A stretch of 63,897 bases of DNA, filler included, from Lama guanicoe (lineage: Eukaryota): NCBI GenBank assembly GCA_013239625.1. It is 76 parts of 75 records of this genome, joined end to end, with 100 filler letters (N's around TTAATTAATTAA, not from the genome) between each part and the next. Parts side by side here need not be neighbours in the genome. Positions count along the whole stretch, not along the records: positions 1 to 1,283 come from MU053544.1; positions 1,384 to 2,279 come from PNXV01002428.1; positions 2,380 to 3,264 come from MU053546.1; positions 3,365 to 4,472 come from MU053547.1; positions 4,573 to 4,997 come from MU053548.1; positions 5,098 to 5,580 come from PNXV01002472.1; positions 5,681 to 6,143 come from MU053554.1; positions 6,244 to 6,665 come from PNXV01002487.1; 68 more parts are not named here. One strand, given 5' to 3'. Both the position numbers and the translations under genes were made by a program. Under the pieces are notes generated by a model. It was given only the letters and a program-made list of their open reading frames with translations. It was not told the DNA's origin and searched no databases. Every line of letters starts with the position of its first letter. The first letter of the stretch is position 1. This document shows, one piece after another, positions 1 through 12,379 of this stretch.

Positions 1-1283
1 GAATACTGAATATAGAATTTAGAATATAGAATGTAGAGCTCAGAATATAGAATATAGAATAGAGAATACAGACCCAGAAATTAGAAAACGGAAAGCAGAA
101 CACAGAATTTAGAATATAGGATACCGTATACTTAAGATAAAATATACAATATAGAATATTGAACACAGAGTATAGAATATAGAATACGGAATACTGAATA
201 TAGAATTTAGAATATAGAATGTAGAACACAGAATAGAGAATAAAGAATACGGAATGCAGAATATAGAATACAGAATATAGAATGTAGAACACAGAATAGA
301 GAACATAGAATTGAGTATATGGAACACAAAATATAGAACATGGAATGCAGAACACAGAATTTAGAATATAGAATACAGGATACTGAATATAGAATTTAGA
401 ATAAAGAATGTAGAACACTGAATATAGAATACGGCATGCAGAATATACAATATAGAATATAGAATGCAGAACACAGAATTTAGAATATAGAATGCAGAAT
501 AATGTATATAGAATTTAGAATATAGAATGAATAAGACAGAATATAGAATATAGACAAAGGAATTTAGAATATAGAATATAGAATGAAGAACACAAAATAT
601 ACAATATAGAATAGAGAATATAGAACNNNNNNNNNNNNNNNNNNNNNNNNNNNNNNNNNNNNNNNNNNNNNNNNNNNNNNNNNNNNNNNNNNNNNNNNNN
701 NNNNNNNNNNNNNNNNNNNNNNNNNNNNNNNNNNNNNNNNNNNNNNNNNNNNNNNNNNNNNNNNNNNNNNNNNNNNNNNNNNNNNNNNNNNNNNNNNNNN
801 NNNNNNNNNNNNNNNNNNNNNNNNNNNNNNNNNNNNNNNNNNNNNNNNNNNNNNNNNNNNNNNNNNNNNNNNNNNNNNNNNNNNNNNNNNNNNNNNNNNN
901 NNNNNNNNNNNNNNNNNNNNNNNNNNNNNNNNNNNNNNNNNNNNNNNNNNNNNNNNNNNNNNNNNNNNNNNTAGAATATGGGATACAGAATATAGAACCC
1001 AGGATTTAGAACATAGAATTAAGGACACAGAATTTAGAATATAGAATACAGACTACTGAATATAGAATTTAGAATTTAGAATGTAGAACAATGAATTTAG
1101 AATATAGAATACCGGATACTGAATATAGAATATGAATATACAATGTAGAACACAGACTTTAGAATATAGAATACAGAATACTGAAAAAATAATGTAGAAT
1201 ATACAATGCAGAAAACAGAATACAGAGTATAGATTACGGAAAGCAGAATATTGAATACAGAATATAGAATGTAGAACACAGAA
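1..1283 (+). repeat. AGAATAT heptamer satellite
   Basis: Continuous degenerate 7-mers (AGAATAT, AGAATTT, AGAACAC, AGAATGT, GGAATGC); internal N gap. Confidence 0.95.
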
Positions 1284-1383
1284 NNNNNNNNNNNNNNNNN
1301 NNNNNNNNNNNNNNNNNNNNNNNNNNNTTAATTAATTAANNNNNNNNNNNNNNNNNNNNNNNNNNNNNNNNNNNNNNNNNNNN
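1284..1383. other. Artificial scaffold linker N44-TTAATTAATTAA-N44 (first of ~75; other 12-mers start at 2324, 3309, 4517, 5042, 5625, 6188 ... 63197, 63745)
   Basis: Invariant palindromic 12-mer with stops in all six frames, flanked by 44 N each side where counted (100 bp total), separating unrelated sequences. Confidence 0.98.
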
Positions 1384-2279
1384 ACACAATGGCTCTTGAA
1401 TCCTGAGGGTGGGGAGGTTCCACCAACATTCGTCAGTGCGAGGGTTCTAAGGGAATGCCTTAGCTCATCTCCACTGATGGTTTTCCTAAGTCTGGCTGCC
1501 AGGGAATGCTGGGGTTTGCACTGGCATGTCCAGTGTCAGTGGCTGCCTCAACAAGGTCAGGGAAGCTTTTTCTCGGACATCCCCCTAACAGGGAACACCT
1601 GTGACTGAAGACAGCTGCGTGGAGTTTTCTCTCGAGTTCCCTCATGCAATGATTATGGTTCCGGGATCCTGAGCATGGGGAGTATCCACAAAGTGTTGGC
1701 AACGCGTGTGTTCTAAAGGATTGCCTAAGCTCGTCTCCCCTGAAAATTTTCCTAAGTTCTGGGTGCTAGTGAATGTTAGGGATCTACGCTGGAATGCCCA
1801 GGGTCAGCAGCAGCCAGCCAAAGGTTTGAGAAGGTATTTCTCGGACTTCCACCGAACAGGGAACACCTGTGACTGAAGAGAGCTGCATGGAGATGTCTCT
1901 CGAGCTCCCCCACGCACTGACTTTTTTATGAGCGTGTGGAGGTTCCACCAAAGGTCAGCAGCGCATGGGTTCTAACAGAGTGCATAAGCTCCTCTGCTCT
2001 GATGGTTTTCCTAATATCTCTCTGCCAGGGAATGTTAGCGGGGCGTTCAGGAATTCCCAGTGATTGAGGCTGCATCCTCAAGGTCAGGGAAAGTATTTCT
2101 CAGACTTCCCGCGAACCGGGAACACCTGTGACTGAAGAGAGCTGCGTGGAGTTGTCTCTCGAGCCCCACCACGCACTGATTATGGTTCCAGAATCCTGAG
2201 GGTGGGAAGGTTCCACAAACTTTCGGTAGAGCGTGGGTTCTAATGGAATGCCTAAGCTCATCACCCCTGAGGGTTTTCC
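1384..2279 (+). repeat. GC-rich ~267-bp satellite, family A (~3.3 monomers)
   Basis: GGGAACACCTGTGACTGAAG at 1591, 1859, 2118 (spacing 268, 259). Confidence 0.93.
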
Positions 2280-2379
2280 NNNNNNNNNNNNNNNNNNNNN
2301 NNNNNNNNNNNNNNNNNNNNNNNTTAATTAATTAANNNNNNNNNNNNNNNNNNNNNNNNNNNNNNNNNNNNNNNNNNNN

Positions 2380-3264
2380 CTGCATGTGTGTTCTGGAGTT
2401 GGGTTTACAGAGTCCACGTATTTTCCAAGGAGCACATGTATTCCCAGGATGTGGGGTTTTCGTGAATAACCTCCAAATCCCATGGAGAAGTACTCGCTTA
2501 TACTTGGATTTAGAGCCCAACCCACCCTTTCCCCAGCACTCCGTATCAGGCAACCAAACAGGGTTGACAAGTTAAGCGATTTTATAAGAACCAAGGCCCT
2601 GCTCTCAGTTGGAGGAGGCTGCCCACTCTCAGGATAACTGTGCAAGTGTTCGTGTGTGTGCTGGAGGTGTGGAAACAGGCTCCACGGATCTTTATGGGGG
2701 CACAGGTGTTCCCAGGTTAGGGATGTAGTTTANNNNNNNNNNNNNNNNNNNNNNNNNNNNNNNNNNNNNNNNNNNNNNNNNNNNNNNNNNNNNNNNNNNN
2801 NNNNNNNNNNNNNNNNNNNNNNNNNNNNNNNNNNNNNNNNNNNNNNNNNNNNNNNNNNNNNNNNNNNNNNNNNNNNNNNNNNNNNNNNNNNNNNNNNNNN
2901 NNNNNNNNNNNNNNNNNNNNNNNNNNNNNNNNNNNNNNNNNNNNNNNNNNNNNNNNNNNNNNNNNNNNNNNNNNNNNNNNNNNNNNNNNNNNNNNNNNNN
3001 NNNNNNNNNNNNNNNNNNNNNNNNNNNNNNNNNNNNNNNNNNNNNNNNNNNNNNNNNNNGAAAACACTTAGGGAAGTCAAGCTAAGGGATTCTATTAAAA
3101 GCCAGGTGCTGCTTTCTGTTGGAGGAACCTCCCCACACTCAGAACCCCACAACACTTCTTCCTGTGTCTGCTGGAGATGGGGAAACAGAGCACACGCATT
3201 TTTCAGGGGGCATAATTTTTCCATGGTTGTGGGTTGAAGGTCAAACACCCACATCCCATGGATA
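2380..3264 (-). repeat. Diverged ~266-bp satellite, family B (related to A)
   Basis: AAGCTAAGGGATTCTATTAAAAGCCAGGTGCTGC...TTGGAGGAACCTCCCCACACTCAG aligns to the reverse complement of family A; also at 37179-37685. Confidence 0.85.
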
Positions 3265-3364
3265 NNNNNNNNNNNNNNNNNNNNNNNNNNNNNNNNNNNN
3301 NNNNNNNNTTAATTAATTAANNNNNNNNNNNNNNNNNNNNNNNNNNNNNNNNNNNNNNNNNNNN

Positions 3365-4472
3365 TGAAAATAGAATGCAGAACACAGAATTTAGAATATT
3401 GAACACAGAATACCTAATATAGAATTTAGAACATAGAAAGCAAAACACAGAATTTAGAATATACAATAAAGAATANNNNNNNNNNNNNNNNNNNNNNNNN
3501 NNNNNNNNNNNNNNNNNNNNNNNNNNNNNNNNNNNNNNNNNNNNNNNNNNNNNNNNNNNNNNNNNNNNNNNNNNNNNNNNNNNNNNNNNNNNNNNNNNNN
3601 NNNNNNNNNNNNNNNNNNNNNNNNNNNNNNNNNNNNNNNNNNNNNNNNNNNNNNNNNNNNNNNNNNNNNNNNNNNNNNNNNNNNNNNNAATAAAGAATTT
3701 AGATTATAGAATGTAGGACACAGAATAGAGAATATAGAATACGGAATGTAGAATATAGAATACAGAATATTGAATATAGATCACAGAATATAGAATACGG
3801 AAAACAGATACAGATTCCAGAAGTTAGAACATGGAATGCAGAACACTGTATTTAGAATACAGAATACAGAATATTGCATATAGAATTTAGAATATGGATT
3901 GTAGAACACAGAATATAGAATATAGTATAAGGAATACTGAATAAATTAATTAGAATATAGAATGTGGAACACAGAATATAGAAATAAGTTAACGGAATAC
4001 AGAATAAAGGATTTAGAAAATAGAATGTAGAAATCAGAATATAGAATATAGTATTAAGAATATTGAACCCAGAATTTAGAACATGGAATGCAGAACACAG
4101 AATTTACAATATAGAACACAGAATACTGAATATAGAATTTATAATATAGAATGTAGAACACAGTATAAAGCTTATAGAATATAGAATGTAGAACATAGAA
4201 TGAAGAACACAAAATAAAGAATAGAGAATATAGAAGCGAGAATTTAGAACATGGAATGCAGAACAGAGAATTTAGAATAGAGTATACAGAATACTGAATA
4301 TAGTATTTAGTATATACAATGTAGCACACAGAATATAGAATATAGAATACGGAATGTAGAATATAGAATACAGAATATAGAATATAGAACACAGAATATA
4401 AAATATGTAAATCAGAATACAGGAACCTGAATTTAAAACATGGAATGTAGAACACAGAATTTAGAATATAGG
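3365..4472 (+). repeat. AGAATAT heptamer satellite
   Basis: Same 7-mer array; ATGGAATG marker at 3831, 4083, 4251, 4440. Confidence 0.95.
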
Positions 4473-5680
4473 NNNNNNNNNNNNNNNNNNNNNNNNNNNN
4501 NNNNNNNNNNNNNNNNTTAATTAATTAANNNNNNNNNNNNNNNNNNNNNNNNNNNNNNNNNNNNNNNNNNNNCTCATGAATAGCCCTTTGTCATTTTTAC
4601 ACGTTACAAAACTTCCACTGGTCTGTGGCTATTTTTTTCCCTCTCTTTTCGTTGCTTTAATGAAAATCTCACTTTTAAGGATTTTCAGTATAGCAATATG
4701 TGGATGGTGATCAGACGGGTGAGGCATTTAACTACTGTCTAAACCTCAGTCTTTGCTCTGATTCACTGTCTAGAATATCTGAACACATCTACTGAACCCC
4801 GTATACCAAAAGATGCTGACAGCCCTAATTTAAAAAATGCTTTTAAGTAAAGCAAAAAATAATTAACTTACTGATCTTGCTTGATCATTAGCTACATCAT
4901 GTTTATTGAGCCGACAGGCATATTGAGCTACTGATTTTATTTCATCGGGTTTTAGAATGCAGAACACATTTCAGGCCCACTTATAGCACCACACCATNNN
5001 NNNNNNNNNNNNNNNNNNNNNNNNNNNNNNNNNNNNNNNNNTTAATTAATTAANNNNNNNNNNNNNNNNNNNNNNNNNNNNNNNNNNNNNNNNNNNNTTG
5101 GACTGCTATTTTACATTCTATCTGAGAAAGTTTTCCTCAGAGCTGAACAAAAGTTACCAAAATTGACAAGTCTGGCTTCTAGGTCGATTTAGTATGTTTC
5201 AAAAACTAACTTCATTTTCGTATATCTCCCAAAATATGTAAATCAATTCTATTAAACTTTTTAAAGCCTGCAAATGAGATATCAAAACAATGTCAAAACT
5301 GGAGTCTTCGGATAATCACCACCACGGCTGTATAGAAAAAAGAGCTAAACAAATATCACAATTCTGTGAAATATATCTGGAAAGTTTTGATTAGTCGATG
5401 CCCAGTTGGCAGAGGAGCAGTGCAACATGCGCTCACTCGCTCCCATGTACACAGCAATGGAAACATCCACTCACCCAGCCCTCGGCACAGGCCACTTGCC
5501 GAAGAGAGGTCTGTAACTTCCAAAGTCAGGTTGAGGCTTCAGAACACCTGGAAGCAGGAGAAGGCAAAGCAGGGAATGGANNNNNNNNNNNNNNNNNNNN
5601 NNNNNNNNNNNNNNNNNNNNNNNNTTAATTAATTAANNNNNNNNNNNNNNNNNNNNNNNNNNNNNNNNNNNNNNNNNNNN

Positions 5681-6143
5681 CCATGTTGCTGCAAATGGTT
5701 TTATTTTGTCCTATTCATGGTAGAGTAGTATTCCAGTGTATAAATATGCCACAACTTCTTTATCCAGTCATCTGTTGCTACATTTAGCTTGCCTCCATGT
5801 CTCGGCTATTGTATACAGTGGTGCTGTGAATATTGGTGTGCAGATATCTTTTCACATTGGAGTTATTTTCAGTTATATACCCAGATGTGGGATTGCTGGG
5901 TCATAGGGTAAGTCTACTTTTAGTTTTTTCAGGGATTTCCATGCTTTCCATAATGACTACACCAAACTAGATTCCCACCAGCAGTGTAAGAGGGTACCCT
6001 TCACTCTACAGCCTCTCTAGCATTTATCATTCATGAACTTCTGAGCGATGGCTATTCTGACTGGTGTGAGCTGATACTTCATTATAGTTTTGACTTGAAT
6101 TTCTCGGTTTATTAGTGATATCGAGCATTTTTTCATGTGCCTA
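5681..6143 (-). mobile_element. LINE-1 ORF2 C-terminal / 3' region fragment
   Basis: Typical L1 antisense text (CCATGTTGCTGCAAATGG...GGGATTGCTGGGTCAT...TTCCCACCAGCAGTGTA...GAGCATTTTTTCATGTG). Confidence 0.9.
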
Positions 6144-6559
6144 NNNNNNNNNNNNNNNNNNNNNNNNNNNNNNNNNNNNNNNNNNNNTTAATTAATTAAN
6201 NNNNNNNNNNNNNNNNNNNNNNNNNNNNNNNNNNNNNNNNNNNTAGAAAGTTTAAAGACGTGTGAAACCATCAACTAAAAAGGGACCCACTTAGCTCCAT
6301 TGGTACTGTGCATACACATCTGAACAAAAGGAAAGAGGGAAGAAGAAAGGCCCATGGGACGCTAGTGGGTAGAATCACATTTACCTTAGGAACTTCTCGT
6401 CGGATGCAGCCCCTCCCCCAAGACTGACAAGATGCAGCAGCCATTGGGGATGGCAGCTACCGGTTGGATTCCAGGTGGAATGTTGGTGTGTACCGCGAGG
6501 CTTGTTGTGGCTGTTGGATCCTAGGTAACCGGGCAGAGTTCTGTGGGTGGATCAGTGTG

Positions 6560-6665
6560 ATGGAGGGGCTGCCGCCCTCTGTGGAGCTTGGCTTAGTTGT
6601 TTGGTCCGGGAACTTTGAGATACGGCTGCTGCCCAAAGACCTGAGTTCACAGGTCAGTTTCCAGA
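6560..6665 (+). pseudogene. cTAGE/MIA2-like retrogene, 5' end (copy 1; open as far as visible, cut by scaffold end)
   Basis: MEGLPPSVELGLVVWSGNFEIRLLPKDLSSQVSFQ; 6420-6665 is clearly paralogous to 8222-8478, whose longer sequence shows cTAGE motifs. Coding status undetermined. Confidence 0.6.
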
Positions 6666-7584
6666 NNNNNNNNNNNNNNNNNNNNNNNNNNNNNNNNNNN
6701 NNNNNNNNNTTAATTAATTAANNNNNNNNNNNNNNNNNNNNNNNNNNNNNNNNNNNNNNNNNNNNTCACAAGAAAGTTTATGTTTCAGCTTTAAAAAAAA
6801 TTAATTGTCCTCCAGTTTGTTAATTTTGAACATATTAAATAGAGTTATGCTGCGTATTATAAACCAACTCTTTGATTTCTGCAAACAAGACCTTTATGAC
6901 CTCACTATTTCACAGCAAACTTTAATGATTCTTTGAGAGGTGGGGCCTAGGGCACTCAGTAACAGCTCTTTAAATACTGACAAGGATGTGCTATTAAGTA
7001 ATGCAAAGGCTCTAACTCCACATTAGCTCAGAAAGCAAAGAAACTACACCAAACACTTACTTTAACAATTTTATATATTCCTGTTCTTTTGAATATTAAA
7101 GTTCTTAAAAGATATGATTTTTTTTGAAAAAGACAACAGCTGTATTAAATTTCCTCTCAGCAAGAAAGCAATCTTTATCAAGAATAAAAACCACTATGGA
7201 AATCGAAATGACAGGACGTTTCTAGCTAAGTAAACATCCAGATCTGAAAACAAACCTAAATCCTATCAGATCTCACTCGAACGAGCTCAACAAAGTCCTG
7301 GGCTACACTGGAAATTAGCTCTTCTGTTCCAAATGTTGGCTGAGCTAAGATCATCACACAAGGCAGGGAAGGAGAGAAGACAAAAGTCCACCTGGTGGCC
7401 TCCATCGGTTTTCTTCCAGCCACAATGTGCCTCTAGGGTGACACCGCTAACAAGCCCCCATAAGGAAATCTGGCATCCACACTGCCCCTGCCGTCCCCAA
7501 GCAGCCCCGACGCCCTTCTCCCAGCCTGTGAATGGTCTTCTAATGACACCCCAGTTGGTGGCACCCACCCCCTCTTCCCCGCTA

Positions 7585-7606
7585 CACACACACACACACA
7601 CACACA
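7585..7606 (+). repeat. (CA)n microsatellite running into a gap
   Basis: CA dinucleotide run directly before the N run. Confidence 0.9.
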
Positions 7607-8363
7607 NNNNNNNNNNNNNNNNNNNNNNNNNNNNNNNNNNNNNNNNNNNNNNNNNNNNNNNNNNNNNNNNNNNNNNNNNNNNNNNNNNNNNNNNNNNNNN
7701 NNNNNNNNNNNNNNNNNNNNNNNNNNNNNNNNNNNNNNNNNNNNNNNNNNNNNNNNNNNNNNNNNNNNNNNNNNNNNNNNNNNNNNNNNNNNNNNNNNNN
7801 NNNNNNNNNNNNNNNNNNNNNNNNNNNNNNNNNNNNNNNNNNNNNNNNNNNNNNNNNNNNNNNNNNNNNNNNNNNNNNNNNNNNNNNNNNNNNNNNNNNN
7901 NNNNNNNNNNNNNNNNNNNNNNNNNNNNNNNNNNNNNNNNNNNNNNNNNNNNNNNNNNNNNNNNNNNNNNNNNNNNNNNNNNNNNNNNNNNNNNNNNNNN
8001 NNNNNNNNNNNNNNNNNNNNNNNNNNNNNNNNNNNNNNNNNNCCTTCTGTCTGTAGAATATCACAAGCAAAACCAGAAGTACCTTTCCTGAAGGTCACTT
8101 TCTGATGACACCCNNNNNNNNNNNNNNNNNNNNNNNNNNNNNNNNNNNNNNNNNNNNTTAATTAATTAANNNNNNNNNNNNNNNNNNNNNNNNNNNNNNN
8201 NNNNNNNNNNNNNGCCATTCCCCAACACTGACAAGATGCAGCCGATATTGCGGATGGCTGTTTCCGGTAGGATTCCAGGTGGAATGTTGGTGTGTACCGC
8301 GAGGCTTGTTGTGGCTGGTGGATCCTAGGTAACCGGGCAGAGTTCTGTGGGTGGATCGGTGTG

Positions 8364-8801
8364 ATGGAGGTGCTGCCGCCCTCTGTGTAGCTTGGCTTAA
8401 GTCTCTGGTCCCGGAAGCTGGGTCAGTTCGAGATACTGTTGCTGCCCAACGACCTGAGTTCACGGGTCAGTTTCCAGAACCTGAAAGGGCAGACAGTGGA
8501 AGATCTGCCTGTCATCAGCTTACTGGAGAAGCTCCGAGGTACTCTCAGAATTGCCCAGTCCTGATGAAGTCGACTTTATGGGAGACACGAAGAAGAAGGG
8601 AAGCTGGCCGAAAAGCTGGCTGCACGGATTGAGGAGAGATGCGAACACATGGATGAGAGATGTTCTGCTACAGTGGAGAATACTGGCCTGGAGACCCAGT
8701 AGAGGATAACAGGCTCGAAAGACATTCATGACACATATTGAACTTCGCTGATCCTGGCAGAAAATTACGGAGTGCCAACGTGGACTTGAGGAAGTTCCTC
8801 T
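8364..8801 (+). pseudogene. cTAGE/MIA2-like processed pseudogene (copy 2)
   Basis: One frame from ATG 8364: MEVLPPSV*LGLSLW...LLPNDL...QTVEDLPVISLLEKLRGTLRIAQS**SRLYGRHEEEGKLAEKLAARIEERC...; resembles the cTAGE5 N-terminus as I recall it (..LPE..VRSRLYVGREKKLA..LIEEK). Stops at 8388 and 8562/8565, apparent frameshift near 8697, no introns. Confidence 0.72.
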
Positions 8802-8901
8802 NNNNNNNNNNNNNNNNNNNNNNNNNNNNNNNNNNNNNNNNNNNNTTAATTAATTAANNNNNNNNNNNNNNNNNNNNNNNNNNNNNNNNNNNNNNNNNNN
8901 N

Positions 8902-9410
8902 ACCAATGCAATACTGTCATGTTGACTGTAGCTCTATAGTATTATCTGAATCGTTTCTGTAAAGATATGCCACTGATTTTAAACCTTAATTTTGTAACCT
9001 GCTAACTTGCTGAATTCTTCGATCAGCTGTAGTGATTTTTGTCTGGATCTTGCAGGGTTTTCTATATATAGTAACAAAGTAACATATTATCTGCATATAA
9101 TGAGACTTTTACCCCTTCCTTTCCAATTTGCATCTCTTTAAATTCACTCTCTTGTTTGATTGCTATGGCTAGGACTTCCAAGATTATATTGAGTTGGAGT
9201 GGTGATAGTGTGCATCCTTGTCATGTCCCAGATTTTAGTTGGAAAATTTTGGCTTTCTCACCATTGAGTACTCTGTTCTCTGTAGGTTTGTTTTCAATAG
9301 CTTTCATGATGCTAATATATGTTCCCTCTATGCCCACTTCTGTGAGAGTTTTTATCATACATTGGTGTTGAATTTTACCAAATGCTTTTCCTGCATTTAT
9401 TGAGATGATC
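8902..9410 (-). mobile_element. LINE-1 ORF2 (RT region) fragment, degraded
   Basis: L1 antisense motifs GCTAGGACTTCCA, CATCCTTGTCATGTCCCAGATTTTAG, AATGCTTTTCCTGCATTTATTGAGATGATC. Confidence 0.9.
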
Positions 9411-9510
9411 NNNNNNNNNNNNNNNNNNNNNNNNNNNNNNNNNNNNNNNNNNNNTTAATTAATTAANNNNNNNNNNNNNNNNNNNNNNNNNNNNNNNNNN
9501 NNNNNNNNNN

Positions 9511-10428
9511 CCCGAACAGGGAACACCTGTGACTGAAGAGAGCTGCGTGGAAGTGTCTCACGAGATCCCCCACGCACTGATAATGGTTCCGAAACCCTTA
9601 CCGTGGGGAGGTTCTTCCATAAGTCGGCAGTGCGTGGGTTCTAACGGAATGCATAAGCTCGTCTCCCCTGGGAATTTTCCTAATGTCTCTGTGCCAGGGA
9701 ATGCTAGGGGGGTTTGCAGGAAGTCCCAGGGACAGAGGCTGCCTCCCCAAGTTCAGGGAAGATATTTCTCGGACGTCCCNNNNNNNNNNNNNNNNNNNNN
9801 NNNNNNNNNNNNNNNNNNNNNNNNNNNNNNNNNNNNNNNNNNNNNNNNNNNNNNNNNNNNNNNNNNNNNNNNNNNNNNNNNNNNNNNNNNNNNNNNNNNN
9901 NNNNNNNNNNNNNNNNNNNNNNNNNNNNNNNNNNNNNNNNNNNNNNNNNNNNNNNNNNNNNNNNNNNNNNNNNNNNNNNNNNNNNNNNNNNNNNNNNNNN
10001 NNNNNNNNNNNNNNNNNNNNNNNNNNNNNNNNNNNNNNNNNNNNNNNNNNNNNNNNNNNNNNNNNNNNNNNNNNNNNNNNNNNNNNNNNNNNNNNNNNNN
10101 NNNNNNNNNNNNNNNNNNNNNNNNNNNNNNNNNNGAGGTTCCACCAACGGTCGGCAGCGCGTGGGTTCTAACGGAATGCCTAAGCTCGTCTCCCCTGAGG
10201 GTTTTCCTAAAGTCTCAGTGCCAGGGAATGCTAGGGGGTTTTGCAGGAATTCCCAGTGGCAGAGGCTGCCTCCCCAAGGTCAGGGAATTTATTTCTCGGA
10301 CTTCCTCGGCAGGGAACACATGTGACTGAAGAGAGCTGCGTGGAGTTGTTTCTCGAACTCCCCCACGCAATGATAATGATTCCGGAATCCTTACCATGAG
10401 GAGGTACCTCCATCGTTCGGCAGCGCGT
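9511..10428 (+). repeat. 267-bp satellite family A
   Basis: Same monomer as 1384-2279 on both sides of an internal gap. Confidence 0.93.
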
Positions 10429-10734
10429 NNNNNNNNNNNNNNNNNNNNNNNNNNNNNNNNNNNNNNNNNNNNTTAATTAATTAANNNNNNNNNNNNNNNN
10501 NNNNNNNNNNNNNNNNNNNNNNNNNNNNTTTTAAGTCATTACCTGAGAATAAAACATTTGTGAAATGTACAATTTTATTTTATGCCTCTCTATCTCACAT
10601 TCTCACTGATGTCTCTCCTTTGAAGGCCTCATCAGGCTGAGATTGCTAAAATTGATCATTTATGGACTCACAGGGGTTCGGGTAACCACTCAACGGGAGG
10701 CTGATAAGAGGAGAAATTGAGAATGCATCCTGGG

Positions 10735-10930
10735 CAGCCTGGATTCCAGCACCGAGCTAGCCACCGCCAGCTGCGTGTGATTTGGGACAAGCTGGCCCAT
10801 CTCTCAATCCCTCAGCTGCAAAAAAGGAGACACTGATACCTACAATCAAACACCTGCTATGAAGGAAAACATGAGGAAAGCATTTTAGCCTTAGATAGGT
10901 GTCCACTCACAGCGAGTTTGGTCATTATGA
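10735..10930 (+). mobile_element. MIR SINE remnant
   Basis: Degenerate MIR core (GCTGCGTGTGATTTGGGACAAG...CTCTCAATCCCTCAG...AAAAGGAGACACTGATACCTAC). Confidence 0.6.
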
Positions 10931-11176
10931 TGATGAGGATGGCTGTTAATAAACTAAGATAGACCAAAAAGGAGAAATCACCTTAAAGGAGAAACATTTT
11001 AAGTCAATCAGCGTTTCCTTTTGGGTGGATTGCAGAATATTCTATGGATTTTTTAAATAAACTAAGTTTTGTCCATTAATTATAGATTTACTGGTTCATG
11101 GACAAGTCTCCAGATAAAGAATTAGAGGCCTCTGACCTCTGAATAACTGAATACTAGAAAATTTTAAAAAAAATCA

Positions 11177-11262
11177 GGGGGGAGATTATACCTCATTTGG
11201 GAGAGTATGTGCTTAGCATGCATGAGGCCCTCAGTTCAGTTCCCATTAACTCCATTTAAAAA
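11177..11262 (+). mobile_element. Camelid tRNA-derived SINE (vic-1 type), diverged
   Basis: GGGGGAG..TATACCTCA..GAGAGTATGTGCTTAGCATGCATGAGGCCCTCAGTTCAGTTCCC..CTCCA plus A tail; homologous to 26559-26660. Confidence 0.8.
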
Positions 11263-12379
11263 CTTTATTTTTTAAGAAATGGAGAATGAAAGCAAAAAGA
11301 TGGAGGATACAGAATTTTTTTAGAGACTCATCTCAGATTTAAGGTGGGAAAGAATCGTTCCATTTCTCAGNNNNNNNNNNNNNNNNNNNNNNNNNNNNNN
11401 NNNNNNNNNNNNNNTTAATTAATTAANNNNNNNNNNNNNNNNNNNNNNNNNNNNNNNNNNNNNNNNNNNNGGGCACAAACCTGGTACACATACGGGAGGC
11501 CCAACCCCTGCAGAGGGACAGGAGCACAGGCGGGCCATGCCTGTCTGTGCAGGGCAGGGGTGAGGACGTGGTGCGGTCGGTGAAGGCAGGCGCTGGGGCG
11601 CACAAGCAGCACCCGGGCCGACCCAGGCCTCGAGCTCCCACCTGGCTGGAGGGTTCTGAGCCCAGAGGAACCACAACCGAGCTGGGCACACAAATCAATC
11701 GCACTGACAGTATTCAAGCCCTCACACCTCTGGGGAAAGATTTCAAAGGCAACTTCCAGACGGGTGTTGAAGAGGAAGACATCTTCCTTTCCTGCAGGAA
11801 AACTGTGATGCCGGCTCTCACGGAGCCGAGGGGTGCTATGATTTTCTGGTTTTACGCTGTTAGCATAATGAAACCTGCATGTTGTTCTCAAGCAGCTAAA
11901 AGTCTGGTGTTTAGTGCCACTGGGGTTGGTGCAAGAGTGGGGAGGAGCAGGACCCAGGCTGTACCCCAGGCTGTACCCCCCGCTGCCCCTGAGGAGGGGC
12001 CACGCACTGCAGCGCTACAGCCCACACTCCCAGGGTCCTGATGCTGAGCACCGGATCAACTCCTTGTGGTCTTTCTAAACACCTCCCTGTCTAGGAGTCT
12101 GCTTCTGATGTCAGCCGTGGGCCTGGCACCTGGAATTGACAAGGGCTCCCCTGGAAATTCTGACGTTTCCCGAATACAAGTTCAAAAGCTCTGGATCAGA
12201 GGCTGGGCTGGCCCAGAAACAGTGTCAACAGCCCTTCTCAGGAAGAAAGAGAGACTGGGCCCTCAGCAGAGCAACCAGCNNNNNNNNNNNNNNNNNNNNN
12301 NNNNNNNNNNNNNNNNNNNNNNNTTAATTAATTAANNNNNNNNNNNNNNNNNNNNNNNNNNNNNNNNNNNNNNNNNNNN

